DNA of 64,000 bases, from positions 62,001-126,000 of the forward strand of contig CDRNVI010000103.1 in NCBI GenBank assembly GCA_977017575.1, in the 5' to 3' direction. The translations under genes were made by a program, and so were the position numbers. This DNA is from Paramoeba atlantica. Taxonomy: Eukaryota; Protista; Discosea. This document shows positions 1 to 10,823 of this stretch, piece by piece (position 1 is the stretch's first letter; each line of letters starts with the position of its first letter). The notes under the pieces were generated by a model that saw nothing but the letters and a program-made list of their open reading frames with translations, was not told the DNA's origin and searched no databases.

Positions 1-134
1 AACATTCGTACAATTTTTCTATGATCTTTTTACTTTGCAAACACCTTTCTTCTTCCCAATTTATAGCCCTTAATCGATTCTTAGTGCAAATACTTCTCTA
101 CTTTTTCTTCTGGCTACTACAACCTATCTCGAGA

Positions 135-974
135 ATGCAATTTGTTTTGGATGCTGCGGATAGTGTGCCTAAAGCTGCTCGGGTGCGTGGGGCATCTCTC
201 CCGCAAGAATATGAGCTCTGTCGTGTCTTGGCCAACATTTCAAGTCATCATCCCTCATGGACTACAGAGACTCCCGCATGTAACTGGAAAGGTATAACAT
301 GTGACTCCAACCTGCAGGTCACTGAAATTAAGTGGAACCATATGAATCTTCGAGGAACCGTGTCATGGCGTCATATTCCAGTGAGTGTACAAGTCTTGAT
401 TTTAGGTAGCTTCTTTAATTTAGCGAAACCAAACGAAATTACGGGAGAACTTCCTGTTTTTGAGTTGCCACCGCGTCTAACAAAGTTCGTGTTGGATGGC
501 AACAATATGACCGGGAGCATTGACTTAGAACATCTCCCTGCGGAGTTGACTGCCTTTGAAGCGGCGAAAAATTGCTTTGAGGGAACTGTATCTTTATCAT
601 CTCTACCTCGTCATCTATTTGTATTAGATCTTCAAGATAATTTGCTTTCTGGGGAGTTTGATCTCTCAAACTTACCTCCGAACATGCAAACAATGTACTT
701 CGGGAATAACCAGTTTAGCGGGAGCTTGATTCTCAAAAATCTGCCAATTTCCCTCGTACGACTTGATCTAGACAATAATAACCTAAGTGGAGAATTAGGG
801 TTGGATTGTCTCCCATCTAAAATGAGGTATCTTCTGCTTAAGAATAATGCGTTCGAGGGACACGTTGACCTCCGAAATCTGTCAGAGCATTTCGCATCGC
901 TGGATCTTCGGGGAAACAAGATTACCTCTGCAGAGCCAACTCCCTTCCCATATGCCCTGAAATGTGATCTATAA
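135..974 (+). CDS. Small LRR protein (LRRNT cap plus ~22-aa LRRs), paralog 1
   Basis: Family N-motif RVRGASLPQEYEL, cap SWTTETPACNWKGITC, repeats LPxxLxxLxLxxNxFxGxL. Start placed at ATG 135 by homology to the paralog at 19010; the ORF track starts at 21. Confidence 0.9.
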   Translation: MQFVLDAADSVPKAARVRGASLPQEYELCRVLANISSHHPSWTTETPACNWKGITCDSNLQVTEIKWNHMNLRGTVSWRHIPVSVQVLILGSFFNLAKPNEITGELPVFELPPRLTKFVLDGNNMTGSIDLEHLPAELTAFEAAKNCFEGTVSLSSLPRHLFVLDLQDNLLSGEFDLSNLPPNMQTMYFGNNQFSGSLILKNLPISLVRLDLDNNNLSGELGLDCLPSKMRYLLLKNNAFEGHVDLRNLSEHFASLDLRGNKITSAEPTPFPYALKCDL

Positions 975-1096
975 ATCCACGGTGGATTTATCCACGTGAA
1001 ATATCCACCTTCCTTTCGGAATGACGATACGGAATTCTTTATTCTTCGCTTCAGATTACTAAACCGGGGAACGGAATAATATTCAGATGTGGTTTA

Positions 1097-1600
1097 TTGC
1101 GGTGGTTGTAAACCACATATGCGTTTAACATACCTATACCTTGAGTAACATACCGGGGGGGTATGTTATTCTGGCCCGCGACACTTAACATACCCCCCCT
1201 CGTCCCGCGGCTTTTTTTGTGCAAAGGTACAAAATTCCAACCATAATATCACGTACGTTTTTAACAAAATGTTTCTTTTATGCGTTTTTAGATGTATTTT
1301 GATACGTTCTAGCATTTAGTACTACGCGAGGTACATCTTTAGATACAGGTTCTAACAGTGAAAGTGATTTTCTTCTCTTTCCTATTTCATAATCAGTCTA
1401 CTTAACATACCTACACCTTGATAACATAACGGGGGGTATGTTAAATGGGTATGTGGTTTATAAATATCGCTCCGCCCTCGATGATTGAAAAAAAGTGAAC
1501 AAAAGCAAAGAAAAAATAAAGAGGGACAGTATTAGAAAATATAAAAGTGGACTCTGGTGGTCCAAAATCGAAAACAAATGGGGTTCAAGGGGGGGGGCAT
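1097..1600 (+). repeat. Diverged copy of hairpin-ended repeat family D, interrupted by MITE-A
   Basis: TTGCGGTGGTTGTA at 1097-1110, then after the MITE 'gattgaaaaaaagtgaacaaaa...ggtggtccaaaa', matching the D copies at 51390, 52300 and 59049. Right boundary approximate. Confidence 0.65.
1111..1458. mobile_element. MITE family A (AACCACATA termini, TA TSD)
   Basis: TA|AACCACATATGCGTTTAACATACC ... GGTATGTTAAATGGGTATGTGGTT|TA. Homologous copy at 35545-35917. Confidence 0.85.
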
Positions 1601-1864
1601 ACGCGATATTATTTCTACCCGTCCTGAATTTTGTCCGATTTTGATCAATATAACCCATAAAATTTATGGGTTTTACATACTCTCTGGTAGTATCGTTTAT
1701 TTATTGTGGTGGTTGTTTGTAACCTCTACCTCTCCCTTCTTTATGGTGTTCGGGGTAGGGTGGATCGAGGACGGTCAGAAAAGGGGGTCCAACCCCCCCC
1801 CCCCTCCCTATTCTCGATTCGGGCATAAATCACTGTGCTTAAAAACGTAGGTATCGGGACTCGA

Positions 1865-1937
1865 GCCCAGGTTGTCCAGTTGGTAAGACATGCCGTTTAT
1901 AATCTGGTGGTCGCAGGTTCGACTCCCGGCGGTTACA
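1865..1937 (+). ncRNA. tRNA-like Pol III unit (TAT at the anticodon position) with non-pairing stems; pseudogene or promoter element
   Basis: 73 nt with A box TGTCCAGTTGG, loop TTTATAA, B box GGTTCGACTCC and TTTT at 1938-1941. Acceptor, anticodon and T stems are largely non-complementary. Confidence 0.55.
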
Positions 1938-2288
1938 TTTTCAGCCATACGCGACGTCCGTTAGTGGTAAGATTTGCGAAGCCCCGTTCTTCGTATCTTG
2001 AAAAGTTAACTTTACTGTAGCTACTTAACATTCCCCCCGGAATGCTAAACCGGACTGTGGTTTACATCCTTCTGTATAAATTGTATTCAACATACTCCTT
2101 CAGTAAATGAGAAAAGATCATCCGAGAATTGCTTTACTTAAAGTTCCATTATACTAATTTTACGATTCATTCACTCAAATTCTGTGATCTTTTTATATTG
2201 CCAAATTTTAATTTTCTTACCGTACACGTTGCAATATTGTAACCTTGTCAATAACAGATTTGGCGGATCGCTTCAATATTTTAGTTAA

Positions 2289-3743
2289 ATGCATGTGGAA
2301 GGTATCAAATCTCTTCCTTCCCATACTTCTAGTGTGAAAGAGTCCTTGGAAGAACAAACTCTTGCAACTTCCTCCGCACGAGTCGAAGAGCTCGAATGTT
2401 TACATGCCCATGCTCGTCGTGGGCGGGAGCATGCCTTGGAACGTGATAGGGACACGGAAGGGCAGATTGACGTTGCGGATCTACCGAAAGAAATGCCAAA
2501 GGCCAGCGCAGAGGTAATGTCTTCTCGGCGTATTCGTAAAGTTCGAATACCACAACGTAGTACACCACAGGAAGAGAAGTCTTCCGATACGTCATTGAAC
2601 CCTTTTGCGTTGTCTGCAAAAGCTACACCTGTAGTCCCAACTATTCTCACTGAAACTACTAAACAGGGAACTGATAAAGGGGAAGGAAACGAACATGGAA
2701 CCACATCCAGTGCTTCTGGTGTGTCAGAAGAATCAGTCTCAGATATTACCAAGGATACTTCGACCAACGTAAAGCCGTTTGAACATACAGCGAAGAATGA
2801 TTTTGAGAAGACTGTTTCCGATAGCACAAGTGAATCAGAAGAAAAATCAAACCCAAAGGACGTTTCAAATCTTACCCCTTCACGATCTCACCCATTCCTC
2901 GGCTCCGCATTTGCAGCGCCCACACCGAATTTGGTAACAAACACGGTGCAAAAAAATGACACCAAACAGCAGACAAATTCGGTCGCTCCAAACGATCTCC
3001 TTGCGGCCTCACCATTTGCGCAAACCCCCTCACGAAAATTTGAAGATGCCGCAGCAGAGCTTGAAAAGCTACAAAGTCAAAGAAAAAATATTTTTTCGCC
3101 ACCATCAAGCGAGTCTGTAAGTCGCTTTCATGAAGATACTCCCAGTAAAGTACAATTCAGTACTGAAACTTCGGAGATGATTCACAAAGATACAAATTCT
3201 TGTGAGGGTCATGACAGGGCTGAAAAGATTTGGTCTTCATGCGTTGTCCGCGTCTTTTTAGCTAGCGATGACAAACAGTGGAACGAAATTGGGCGTGGGG
3301 AGTGTAAACTTTTGGTCACAACAAAAAATACGAAAGCCGACATCGCCGCACAAGAGAAGAGTGAGTCAGATCTCCAAATCAGCGAGTCAGAGGACGCGTC
3401 AGAAAATGAAACACCGCGTTTTACAGATATCAAGGTACATGATATCACAGAGGGTCGCGTCGTGTTGCATGATGAAAAAACAAAGCAAGTTCGAGTCAAC
3501 GCCGGTCTTGGCACTTCCTTTACATTGGGAGTCACATCCTTGACAAGCGGGGACAAATCTTCCTCTTCGATGCTTTTCTCAACCATTGATTCAGAGTCTC
3601 AACGTTCTCGTAGTTACCTCTTACTCCCGCTTCGCAGCGTCTCTGTTCCTGCATCTGAACGAGCCTTGGCTCTGTCCTCTTTTCAAAGACGAGTAAGAGA
3701 CCTACTCACACATTTGAACAGTGTTTCACCTCATTCATCTTAG
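2289..3743 (+). CDS. Nup50/Nup2-like Ran-binding-domain protein
   Basis: N-terminal RGREHALERD...MPKASAEVMSSRRIRKVR resembles the NUP50 importin-alpha-binding motif. S/T-rich middle. C-terminal RanBD-like VRVFLASDDKQWNEIGRGECKLL...GRVVLHDEKTKQVRVNA. Confidence 0.65.
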   Translation: MHVEGIKSLPSHTSSVKESLEEQTLATSSARVEELECLHAHARRGREHALERDRDTEGQIDVADLPKEMPKASAEVMSSRRIRKVRIPQRSTPQEEKSSDTSLNPFALSAKATPVVPTILTETTKQGTDKGEGNEHGTTSSASGVSEESVSDITKDTSTNVKPFEHTAKNDFEKTVSDSTSESEEKSNPKDVSNLTPSRSHPFLGSAFAAPTPNLVTNTVQKNDTKQQTNSVAPNDLLAASPFAQTPSRKFEDAAAELEKLQSQRKNIFSPPSSESVSRFHEDTPSKVQFSTETSEMIHKDTNSCEGHDRAEKIWSSCVVRVFLASDDKQWNEIGRGECKLLVTTKNTKADIAAQEKSESDLQISESEDASENETPRFTDIKVHDITEGRVVLHDEKTKQVRVNAGLGTSFTLGVTSLTSGDKSSSSMLFSTIDSESQRSRSYLLLPLRSVSVPASERALALSSFQRRVRDLLTHLNSVSPHSS

Positions 3744-4180
3744 GAAACAAAGTAGATAAGAAGAAACTATAATCGCCGCCACTTTGCGTAGAGTTTCAAC
3801 TTCTATTTGTATTTTTATTTTTCATGCCTCCAACTAGCTGAACCTACCTTTGAACTTTGCCAAAGAAGAGGCTTGGATTGCTAGTGAGTACGTTAGTGAA
3901 CTCTTGTGGGCGAAATATCTTTTATTATAATCACAATACATACTTTGAGTAGAAAGATTTATCGCACCAGTTATGCAATGCACATTACAATATTTTTCTT
4001 TGATGTGACGGAACGATTTAAATTGTGTCGGGCAATTTATTTTTGAAACAGAAATGACCATTGTTTTGTACCGTTTTTATCGAATTCCTATCCCTATGCA
4101 TCATAGATCGCTCTGACGTTTCTTCCCCATTGCAGCGTTTCTTGCCACAACTACGGCACTCACGCACCTCGTGTCCCCTA

Positions 4181-5575
4181 ATGTTCCGTCCTAACGCGTC
4201 TATGTTTTTAATCGCCCCACCTCTTGACTCTCCCTCTTATCGAAGTCGCGTCTTTTTCCGAAGGCGCTTTTTACATTTTCCTGGTTTTGGGCCCATCACA
4301 CGGCACAAAAATTCCTATCTACATTTTCCGGCACAAAGAATCCCCTCAACCCGAACATCTTTTTTTATGCCCAATGACCGTTTATTTTCTATCCCTCACC
4401 GTACCTTCCTCCTTCGTCACGTACTCTCCTTACAAAGAACTCCTAAACCCACCTCTTTCACGCATCGATCATCACTTTCCCAAACAGCCCCTCTGCCCTC
4501 TTCCACAATTTCATCCAGCCCCCTGCCACGACGAAAAAATAGAAACCACCCCCACTTATCCTCGACCGCTTTTCCCATAGCCTCACCTCCTCAACCTACC
4601 CCGACCTCCTCTGTATCGACAACAAAAAAAAGCTCCTCTCTCCCTACTACCCCTAAACCCCCAACCTCCTCTCTCTCACCCACAACCACACCTCAATCCC
4701 CAACCGCCCCTCTCACTACCCCTACAACCACAACTACCCGTAAAACTACCCCTAAAGTCACCACAACACCTACAACCCCAACCACCGCCACAACTACCCC
4801 TACAGCCACAACAACAACCCACGCCACAACCCCAACCCAACCCACAGCCACAGCCACAGCCTCCCCCTCCCTTCCCTCCCCCCACCACTACTGGGTGACC
4901 CACGAACACCTCGACTTCGCCTTTGAGTGTCGCACCCCCTCCTCCTGGACCACACGTGTCACGCTCTCGGAGAACTTCCTCTACCTCCGTGCCATCCCCC
5001 CCACCCATCCCTCCCCCTACAACCCCTCCACAGTTAACTCTTCTTCTTTGTCTTCTTCTATATCCTCTTCTTTATCCTCTTCTATATCATCTTCATTATC
5101 TTCTTTATCATCATCTTCTCTATCCTCTTCTCTATCTTCTTCTTCTTCTTCTTCCTCTCCCCTCTTTAGGAACCCCTCCCCCTCCCCCTACTACCAATCC
5201 ATGGTCGAGGGGCTTAGCATCAACGCCTTTGCCTACCCTCGTAAAATGCCCTGGGGGGATGCCTCCATTTTAATGGAGCGCTTCCTGGGGGCGTTCGCCC
5301 CGCTCCAAGCGGAGTACGCCGTGGTGGAGGGCCCGGAGCGCATGGACCCCGCGATGTCGGGGGTGGTGCGGGCCGGGATCGAGTTTGTCCCCGCAGGGGG
5401 GGGTGGGGGGGAGAGAGCCCGTGGGGTGGTCACCACGTGTTTTCACCCCAATAAGAGGTTTCACTATGTGGTGGTGGCGGCGGTGAGGAAGGAGGTGTGG
5501 GTGGCGCAACGGCACGGGACGGAGGTGCTGTTGGAGGAGCTGGTGAGGGGGTTGGCGTGTTTAACGGCGGCATAG
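4181..5575 (+). CDS. Hypothetical protein with T/P-rich and poly-S regions and a globular C-terminal domain
   Basis: Long ORF (track 4061-5575 from TTG; first ATG 4181). True start uncertain. Ordinary-composition domain from HHYWVTHEH to the end. Confidence 0.6.
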   Translation: MFRPNASMFLIAPPLDSPSYRSRVFFRRRFLHFPGFGPITRHKNSYLHFPAQRIPSTRTSFFMPNDRLFSIPHRTFLLRHVLSLQRTPKPTSFTHRSSLSQTAPLPSSTISSSPLPRRKNRNHPHLSSTAFPIASPPQPTPTSSVSTTKKSSSLPTTPKPPTSSLSPTTTPQSPTAPLTTPTTTTTRKTTPKVTTTPTTPTTATTTPTATTTTHATTPTQPTATATASPSLPSPHHYWVTHEHLDFAFECRTPSSWTTRVTLSENFLYLRAIPPTHPSPYNPSTVNSSSLSSSISSSLSSSISSSLSSLSSSSLSSSLSSSSSSSSPLFRNPSPSPYYQSMVEGLSINAFAYPRKMPWGDASILMERFLGAFAPLQAEYAVVEGPERMDPAMSGVVRAGIEFVPAGGGGGERARGVVTTCFHPNKRFHYVVVAAVRKEVWVAQRHGTEVLLEELVRGLACLTAA

Positions 5576-5964
5576 GGAGTGTTCCGCCTCCTCAGGAGAG
5601 GGTAATTTTTTTTTTAGGGGGGGGTGACACGTTCAAAGATGTGTCTGCACGTTGGCTCATCATTTTTTCTGTGGGCATAGGTGAGTTTTGAGTGACGCAT
5701 GTCCTCAATGGAATGTTGCCGATTGTTTGGTAAGCATTTTTTAAATTCTACACCTGATTTATGGGTTTTACTATTTAGCCATGTGTCTATTTTTTGAACG
5801 AGTTCATGAATGTTCTGCTTCCTTTTCTAGATTATTTTCTCCTAAGAAGCTAATCACAAGTATGATAGCATCCGGAATCATCTTACCTGTCTAACGAAAT
5901 AAAAAGGTCTTCCTATCTCCCTCACATCTCCTGGGCGGTTCCCCCCTCACCTCTTCCCGTTTAC

Positions 5965-7743
5965 ATGCGTAATTCCTTCAAAAACGGGTCTTCGCACCAT
6001 GTTTTAAAAACGCTCTTTCCCCGCATTTCACCACCTCCCTATTTCGTCCTAAACCAACCCAAAAGGTTTTCTAAACCCTTCCCCACTTTACAACCCTCCC
6101 GTCCCGTCCTTCCCCTCTCTCGTCCTTTCTCCCAACCCCTTTTCTCTTCCCCTTTTCGCTCCTACTCCCTCCTACCGCTTCCTTCTTCCGCCTCCATCTT
6201 TTCACGTGATTTCTCTTTTCCTTCCTCTCTTCTCTCTACCCGCAGTATTTTAATTCTTCTCCCCCTTCTCAGCGTAATCTCTCTCTATGGGTACATTTAC
6301 TACCGCAGCTTTACCAAACCGCTGCCCTCCATCCCCCCCACACTGGTCTCTCAAAACGGTGAACTTCTCGACAAGAACGGCAACATCATTGCGCTCCATC
6401 CCCTCTCCCTGGTCCTTCGCTTTTTTTATCTTTTTTCTCTCTATTTTCCTCTACTTTGTCTCTATGTGTGTTGCTGGCCCTGGAATGTTTCCTATACACT
6501 CTGGCAGCGGCTGTTTCTGTTCGCGCTCCAACACAGCGGACCGGCCGCCATTAAAGCCGGCCAGTGGGCCTGTACCCGGGAGGACTTATTCTCCCCGGAG
6601 TTAAGGAACACGTTAACCGTGTTGTACAGCGAGGCAAGGACACATGACGGGGAACAATCGATTGTGATTATTGAGAAAGAACTTGGGAGTTCGCTCTCGT
6701 CGTATTTTACGAAATTTGAGAAGAATCCAATTGGTAGCGGTGCGATTGGACAAGCCCATGTTGCGATTTGGAAACCGGATGGTCGGAAAGTTGTGGTGAA
6801 AGTGATGCATCCCGGGTGTGTGGAGACATTGGCGCGAGATATTTATCTGGTTAATGTGGTGGCGCGAACCCTTCATGGGTGTTTTTCCTCATTGCAAAAA
6901 TGGTATCTCCCGGAGACTGCCATGGCGTGGAGTAACTTGCTCGCGTCGCAGTTGGATTTTCGCGTCGAGGCGGATAATTTGACCCAATTTCGGGCAAATT
7001 TTGCACACGTCCCGGAGATCCATTTTCCCGAGCCGCTGCACAGCACGCGTCAGGTTCTGGTTGAGACCTTTGCGCCCGGTCATCATGCCACTCCAGAACG
7101 ACTTCAGCATTTACCCAAACACACAAAGGATGTATTAGCGCACATCGGGATGAATGCATTCTGCCAAATGCTTCTCCGGGATAACTTTATCCACTGCGAT
7201 TTGCATCCAGGAAATATTTTATTGGACACCTCGGATTTAAACTCCCCGACAGTAACTTTACTGGACGTCGGGTTAGTTCACCATTTAAGCTCCGAGCGGG
7301 AGGCAGATTTGGTACAGCGCCTGGTGGCAGGTTTTTGCTACTGGAAGCCTCAGGAGATTGCCGAGACACTCTACGCGATGGGGACCCCCCAGTGGGCGAG
7401 CCAGGACGTGTTTGTTCGTGATCTCTCCCAGATTTTGGCAACCTATCGCCCGAATGGACAGGTAGGGGAATATGCCGTGTTGGGAGACGTCCTGGAAAGT
7501 GTTTTTGGGGTGATACGAACGCACCACGTTCACCTGGACGCATGTTTCGTGACAATGTTGTTCTCTGTGCTGTTATGTGAGGGGTTTTTAATGACGCTGA
7601 ATCCATGTTTTAATGTGGCCCACAGTGCGGCGCCGTGGCTAGTTACAGAAGGCCATGTGAGTTTTCGCGTTTGGCGAAATTTGGCAAGACACGCATGGCG
7701 TCGCGTGCAAAATTATGTGGGGAGTACGCACGTGGTTGGGTAA
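5965..7743 (+). CDS. ABC1/UbiB (ADCK/COQ8-family) atypical kinase, ADCK2-like
   Basis: IKAGQWACTREDLF (KxGQ motif), IGSGAIGQAH, VVVKVMHP, FIHCDLHPGNILL, LLDVGLV. Confidence 0.92.
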   Translation: MRNSFKNGSSHHVLKTLFPRISPPPYFVLNQPKRFSKPFPTLQPSRPVLPLSRPFSQPLFSSPFRSYSLLPLPSSASIFSRDFSFPSSLLSTRSILILLPLLSVISLYGYIYYRSFTKPLPSIPPTLVSQNGELLDKNGNIIALHPLSLVLRFFYLFSLYFPLLCLYVCCWPWNVSYTLWQRLFLFALQHSGPAAIKAGQWACTREDLFSPELRNTLTVLYSEARTHDGEQSIVIIEKELGSSLSSYFTKFEKNPIGSGAIGQAHVAIWKPDGRKVVVKVMHPGCVETLARDIYLVNVVARTLHGCFSSLQKWYLPETAMAWSNLLASQLDFRVEADNLTQFRANFAHVPEIHFPEPLHSTRQVLVETFAPGHHATPERLQHLPKHTKDVLAHIGMNAFCQMLLRDNFIHCDLHPGNILLDTSDLNSPTVTLLDVGLVHHLSSEREADLVQRLVAGFCYWKPQEIAETLYAMGTPQWASQDVFVRDLSQILATYRPNGQVGEYAVLGDVLESVFGVIRTHHVHLDACFVTMLFSVLLCEGFLMTLNPCFNVAHSAAPWLVTEGHVSFRVWRNLARHAWRRVQNYVGSTHVVG

Positions 7744-8353
7744 AAATATTTTTTCGGAGGAAGGGTGAATGTGGCTTTTGTGAGGCTGTTTTTCATTACA
7801 CTAGATTAGAAAAAATGTATTTACTTTGGGCTACTGATGGATAAAACTTTACTTTTTTGCATTTACATTGTATTTTATCTGGTGTTTGATTATAGAAAAT
7901 GATGCCCCAGTTCCGATGCTCTTTTTTACTTACAAAGTTTTCTATAAAGTGTTTAGGTGATTCTAAACTACTTCTCTCCCCTCGATTAAGGCTTTTGAAA
8001 TCGCATTACGAAACTTTACTGACAAAGTAAAGAAGCGTATGAAAAGGTGATGTGAATTATGAACTGCATGTAATAGAAAGTTTGTTAAGTTAACGTTACT
8101 TCGAACGTTATTAGGGAGATCATCATCCTCTTTACGATTGACAAAGAAGCATCTGCCTTCTATTTCGTAAAATGTGAATGCGAGTCGGATCCATCCTGAC
8201 ATTTCGGCTAAAAGTAACGCTTAAATTATCCAATTTTTTTGAGTAACAAAAACTTTAATGTTATGATCAAACGCGTTCGCATTTTAACACAAGAATGCAT
8301 ACATGTTATTATGTGCAGCGCATCTCTGTTTTGCTCTTACCTGGTTCTATATA

Positions 8354-8570
8354 AACCATGTTCCAAGATAGCATACCCATGCCCACTTAGTATACCTAGT
8401 AGGTATAGTAAGTGTCCCAAGGTCACTTAGTATACCCCCCCCTCCTAGCAACAGGAGCGTGAGACGTGCCTTTTTTAGAAGCGACAGAGCAACTTTTCTA
8501 GCAATCACGCGGTAGAAAATCGCATTTTAAGGTCAAGACACCATTTTTCTAGGAACTACAGATAAGAAAT
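8354..8570. mobile_element. MITE family B, left part (right end not found)
   Basis: TA|AACCATGTTCCAAGATAGCATAC...; homologous to 35509-36146 but lacks the nested MITE-A (empty site CCCACTTAGTATACC). Confidence 0.75.
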
Positions 8571-8609
8571 TATAAATAATTTCTATTATAAAAATTATTA
8601 ACTGCCACT

Positions 8610-9491
8610 ATGGAAACGGGTGATGGGAAAGTGGGTAAAGGGACAAGGGAAAGTCGATAAAGGGAAAGTGAATAAGTGGAAAGTCGCTGACGGGAAAGCG
8701 GGTACGTGGAAACGCGTTAAGGGGAAAAAGTGGGTAAGATACGGGAACGTTAAGGAATGAAGTAGGAAAGTCATAGTAGATTAAAAAAAAGTTACAATTC
8801 GTACTCTTCCCCCCAATTATTTGCAAAAAAAATAGGGGACAGCGAGGGAAAGAAGCGGGCAAAGTTTGGGAAGGCGGGGATGGATGCTCGGGGGGGGGGG
8901 GGAGTGAGGGAAAGAAGCGGGTGAAGTCGGGAAGTCGAGGATGGTTGCTCGGGGGGTTTGAGGGAGAGAATCGAGCGAAGTTGATAACGGAGAAGTAAAG
9001 TAAGTAGGAAAGTAAGTAAGAAAGTGATACAGTACATACATAAAAAGTTAGAACACGTACTCTTCCCCCCCTATTAATCGCAAAAAAAACCTTGGCGCGA
9101 CGGCGTCTTTGCGCTTCGCCTCCTCCAAGTCTCCCACCCTCGTACAGCAACCTAAAGTATCTTATACTGCTAACGGGGTGGGAGCGGAGGTTCTGGACCA
9201 CATGGGCGCCCGCGCGGACGAGTTGGTATAGGGTACGAGGTAAGGAAGGGGGTGGATGAGAGGGTTAAGGGAAAGTGGGGAGTAAGTACGGTGAAGTGGG
9301 GAGATTAAGTACGGTGAAGTGTGAAAAGTGTGCGAAAGTGTTCGAAAAGTAGATAAAAACGTTAAACTCAATACTATTCCCCCCAATTATTTGCAAAACA
9401 AAATATACCTTTTATTTTGTAATGATTCAGACCCCCCGTTTAAACGCATTTTTCACGGAAAACGAGGTGCGCTTAAACGGAGGGGGGACAG
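8610..9491. repeat. Purine-rich degenerate tandem repeat (~255-315 bp units) ending in a hairpin and GGGGGGACAG|TA
   Basis: TAC(T)CTTCCCCCC(A)ATTATTTGCAAAA-like motif at ~8801, ~9057 and ~9372; many GGGAAAG(T) words; imperfect inverted repeat 9432-9487. Confidence 0.55.
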
Positions 9492-9585
9492 TATTTAGAA
9501 CCATGGTTTGATATATACCATGGTTATAAACCACCCAAAAATTTATAAACTGTGCGCTAACTTCTATTATATTGTCTTGCACAAC

Positions 9586-10449
9586 ATGGATTTCGTTTTT
9601 CTCTCCGACACCCAAAGTCCGCCAAACAAGCGCAGAAAACAATCTCAAAGCCCGTCCAACGCAGATGAACGATCACAGTTTAAAAGCTCACGTCCAATGA
9701 GAGTCCGGCGAGCGAACATGCCACAAGAATATGAGCTGTCTCGATTCATTGAAGACGTCAACAACACAGACGTTTCTTGGAAAACGTCAACACCTGCTTG
9801 CTCCTGGAAAGGCATAACTTGCGATGATGAATTGCGTGTCAAAACTCTTGTGTGGGAAAAGCTGGAGCTTTCTGGTCTATTGAAATGGGAAAGGCTTCCA
9901 CAGACCTTGAAGACAGTTTTTCTTGCTCTGAATTGGTTTACAGGACGTGCGTGTTTGGAGGCCTTGCCTTCGGGGCTTATTTTCATGAGGATTCAAGGAA
10001 ACCGATTTATAGGCAGCATAGATTTGAAGCATTTGCCAAGTACGCTAGTGGCACTCGAGGCTCAAAATAATATGTTTGAGAACCGTGTCGAATTATGTCA
10101 ACTGCCTCCTGGGCTCGTGGCTCTTGATCTTTCTTACAATAATTTATCAGGGGAAATCAACTTTTCGTCTTTGCCCTCGAAATTGGAGCTCCTTTATTTA
10201 TCGTCGAATAATTTCACGGGGGCGCTTGATTTGGAACATTTGCCGCCCTCGCTGAAAGACTTAGAAGTCGAAAACAACGATTTTTATGGTCCAGTGTGTC
10301 TTTACAGTCTGCCTAAAAGTCTACAAGTTTTAAATCTACATAACAACATGGCGCTGTGGGGTGAATTCGATAGCTCTGTTGTCAAAGCTTTGACACATCT
10401 GGATTGCTCGATGACGCAAATAGTTTACGAGGATCACATAACAGATTAG
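9586..10449 (+). CDS. Small LRR protein, paralog 2
   Basis: RVRRANMPQEYELSRF, SWKTSTPACSWKGITC and LRR repeats. Start chosen at ATG 9586. Confidence 0.9.
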   Translation: MDFVFLSDTQSPPNKRRKQSQSPSNADERSQFKSSRPMRVRRANMPQEYELSRFIEDVNNTDVSWKTSTPACSWKGITCDDELRVKTLVWEKLELSGLLKWERLPQTLKTVFLALNWFTGRACLEALPSGLIFMRIQGNRFIGSIDLKHLPSTLVALEAQNNMFENRVELCQLPPGLVALDLSYNNLSGEINFSSLPSKLELLYLSSNNFTGALDLEHLPPSLKDLEVENNDFYGPVCLYSLPKSLQVLNLHNNMALWGEFDSSVVKALTHLDCSMTQIVYEDHITD

Positions 10450-10823
10450 TTAGTAAAGCCAACCGTTGCTGTACTGGCAAAGTGTCGAAGTTTGTATTAC
10501 CCCAGCACCCGGCGGAAAAGGTGGGTTACTGGTGAGAAAAGTTCTTTCCTTCGCTTATTTTCGTATATATATGACTGTTTTACAATAGCAGAAAGAGACA
10601 AACGATCAAGAGTATTCACGAATAGAGGATAAAACGATTTATCTCCTGCTTAATAGCACTTCTCGGCGATTTTTTACTGTATAGTTATTGGGGACTTACG
10701 ACTAGAAAAGTGGTCCAGACTTTTGAGTGCCTTTGCTATGGTGTAATAACATTGGTCATTCGTATTCTGTATATTTAAACGTTAGTATAGGCACATTCAC
10801 CGTATAGTTTAAGACGCTTTTTT

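Noticed and set aside
1600-1800. snRNA or 7SL gene divergent from the tRNA-like unit
   Set aside because: No recognisable U2, U5, U6 or 7SL sequence; the region resembles degenerate repeats.
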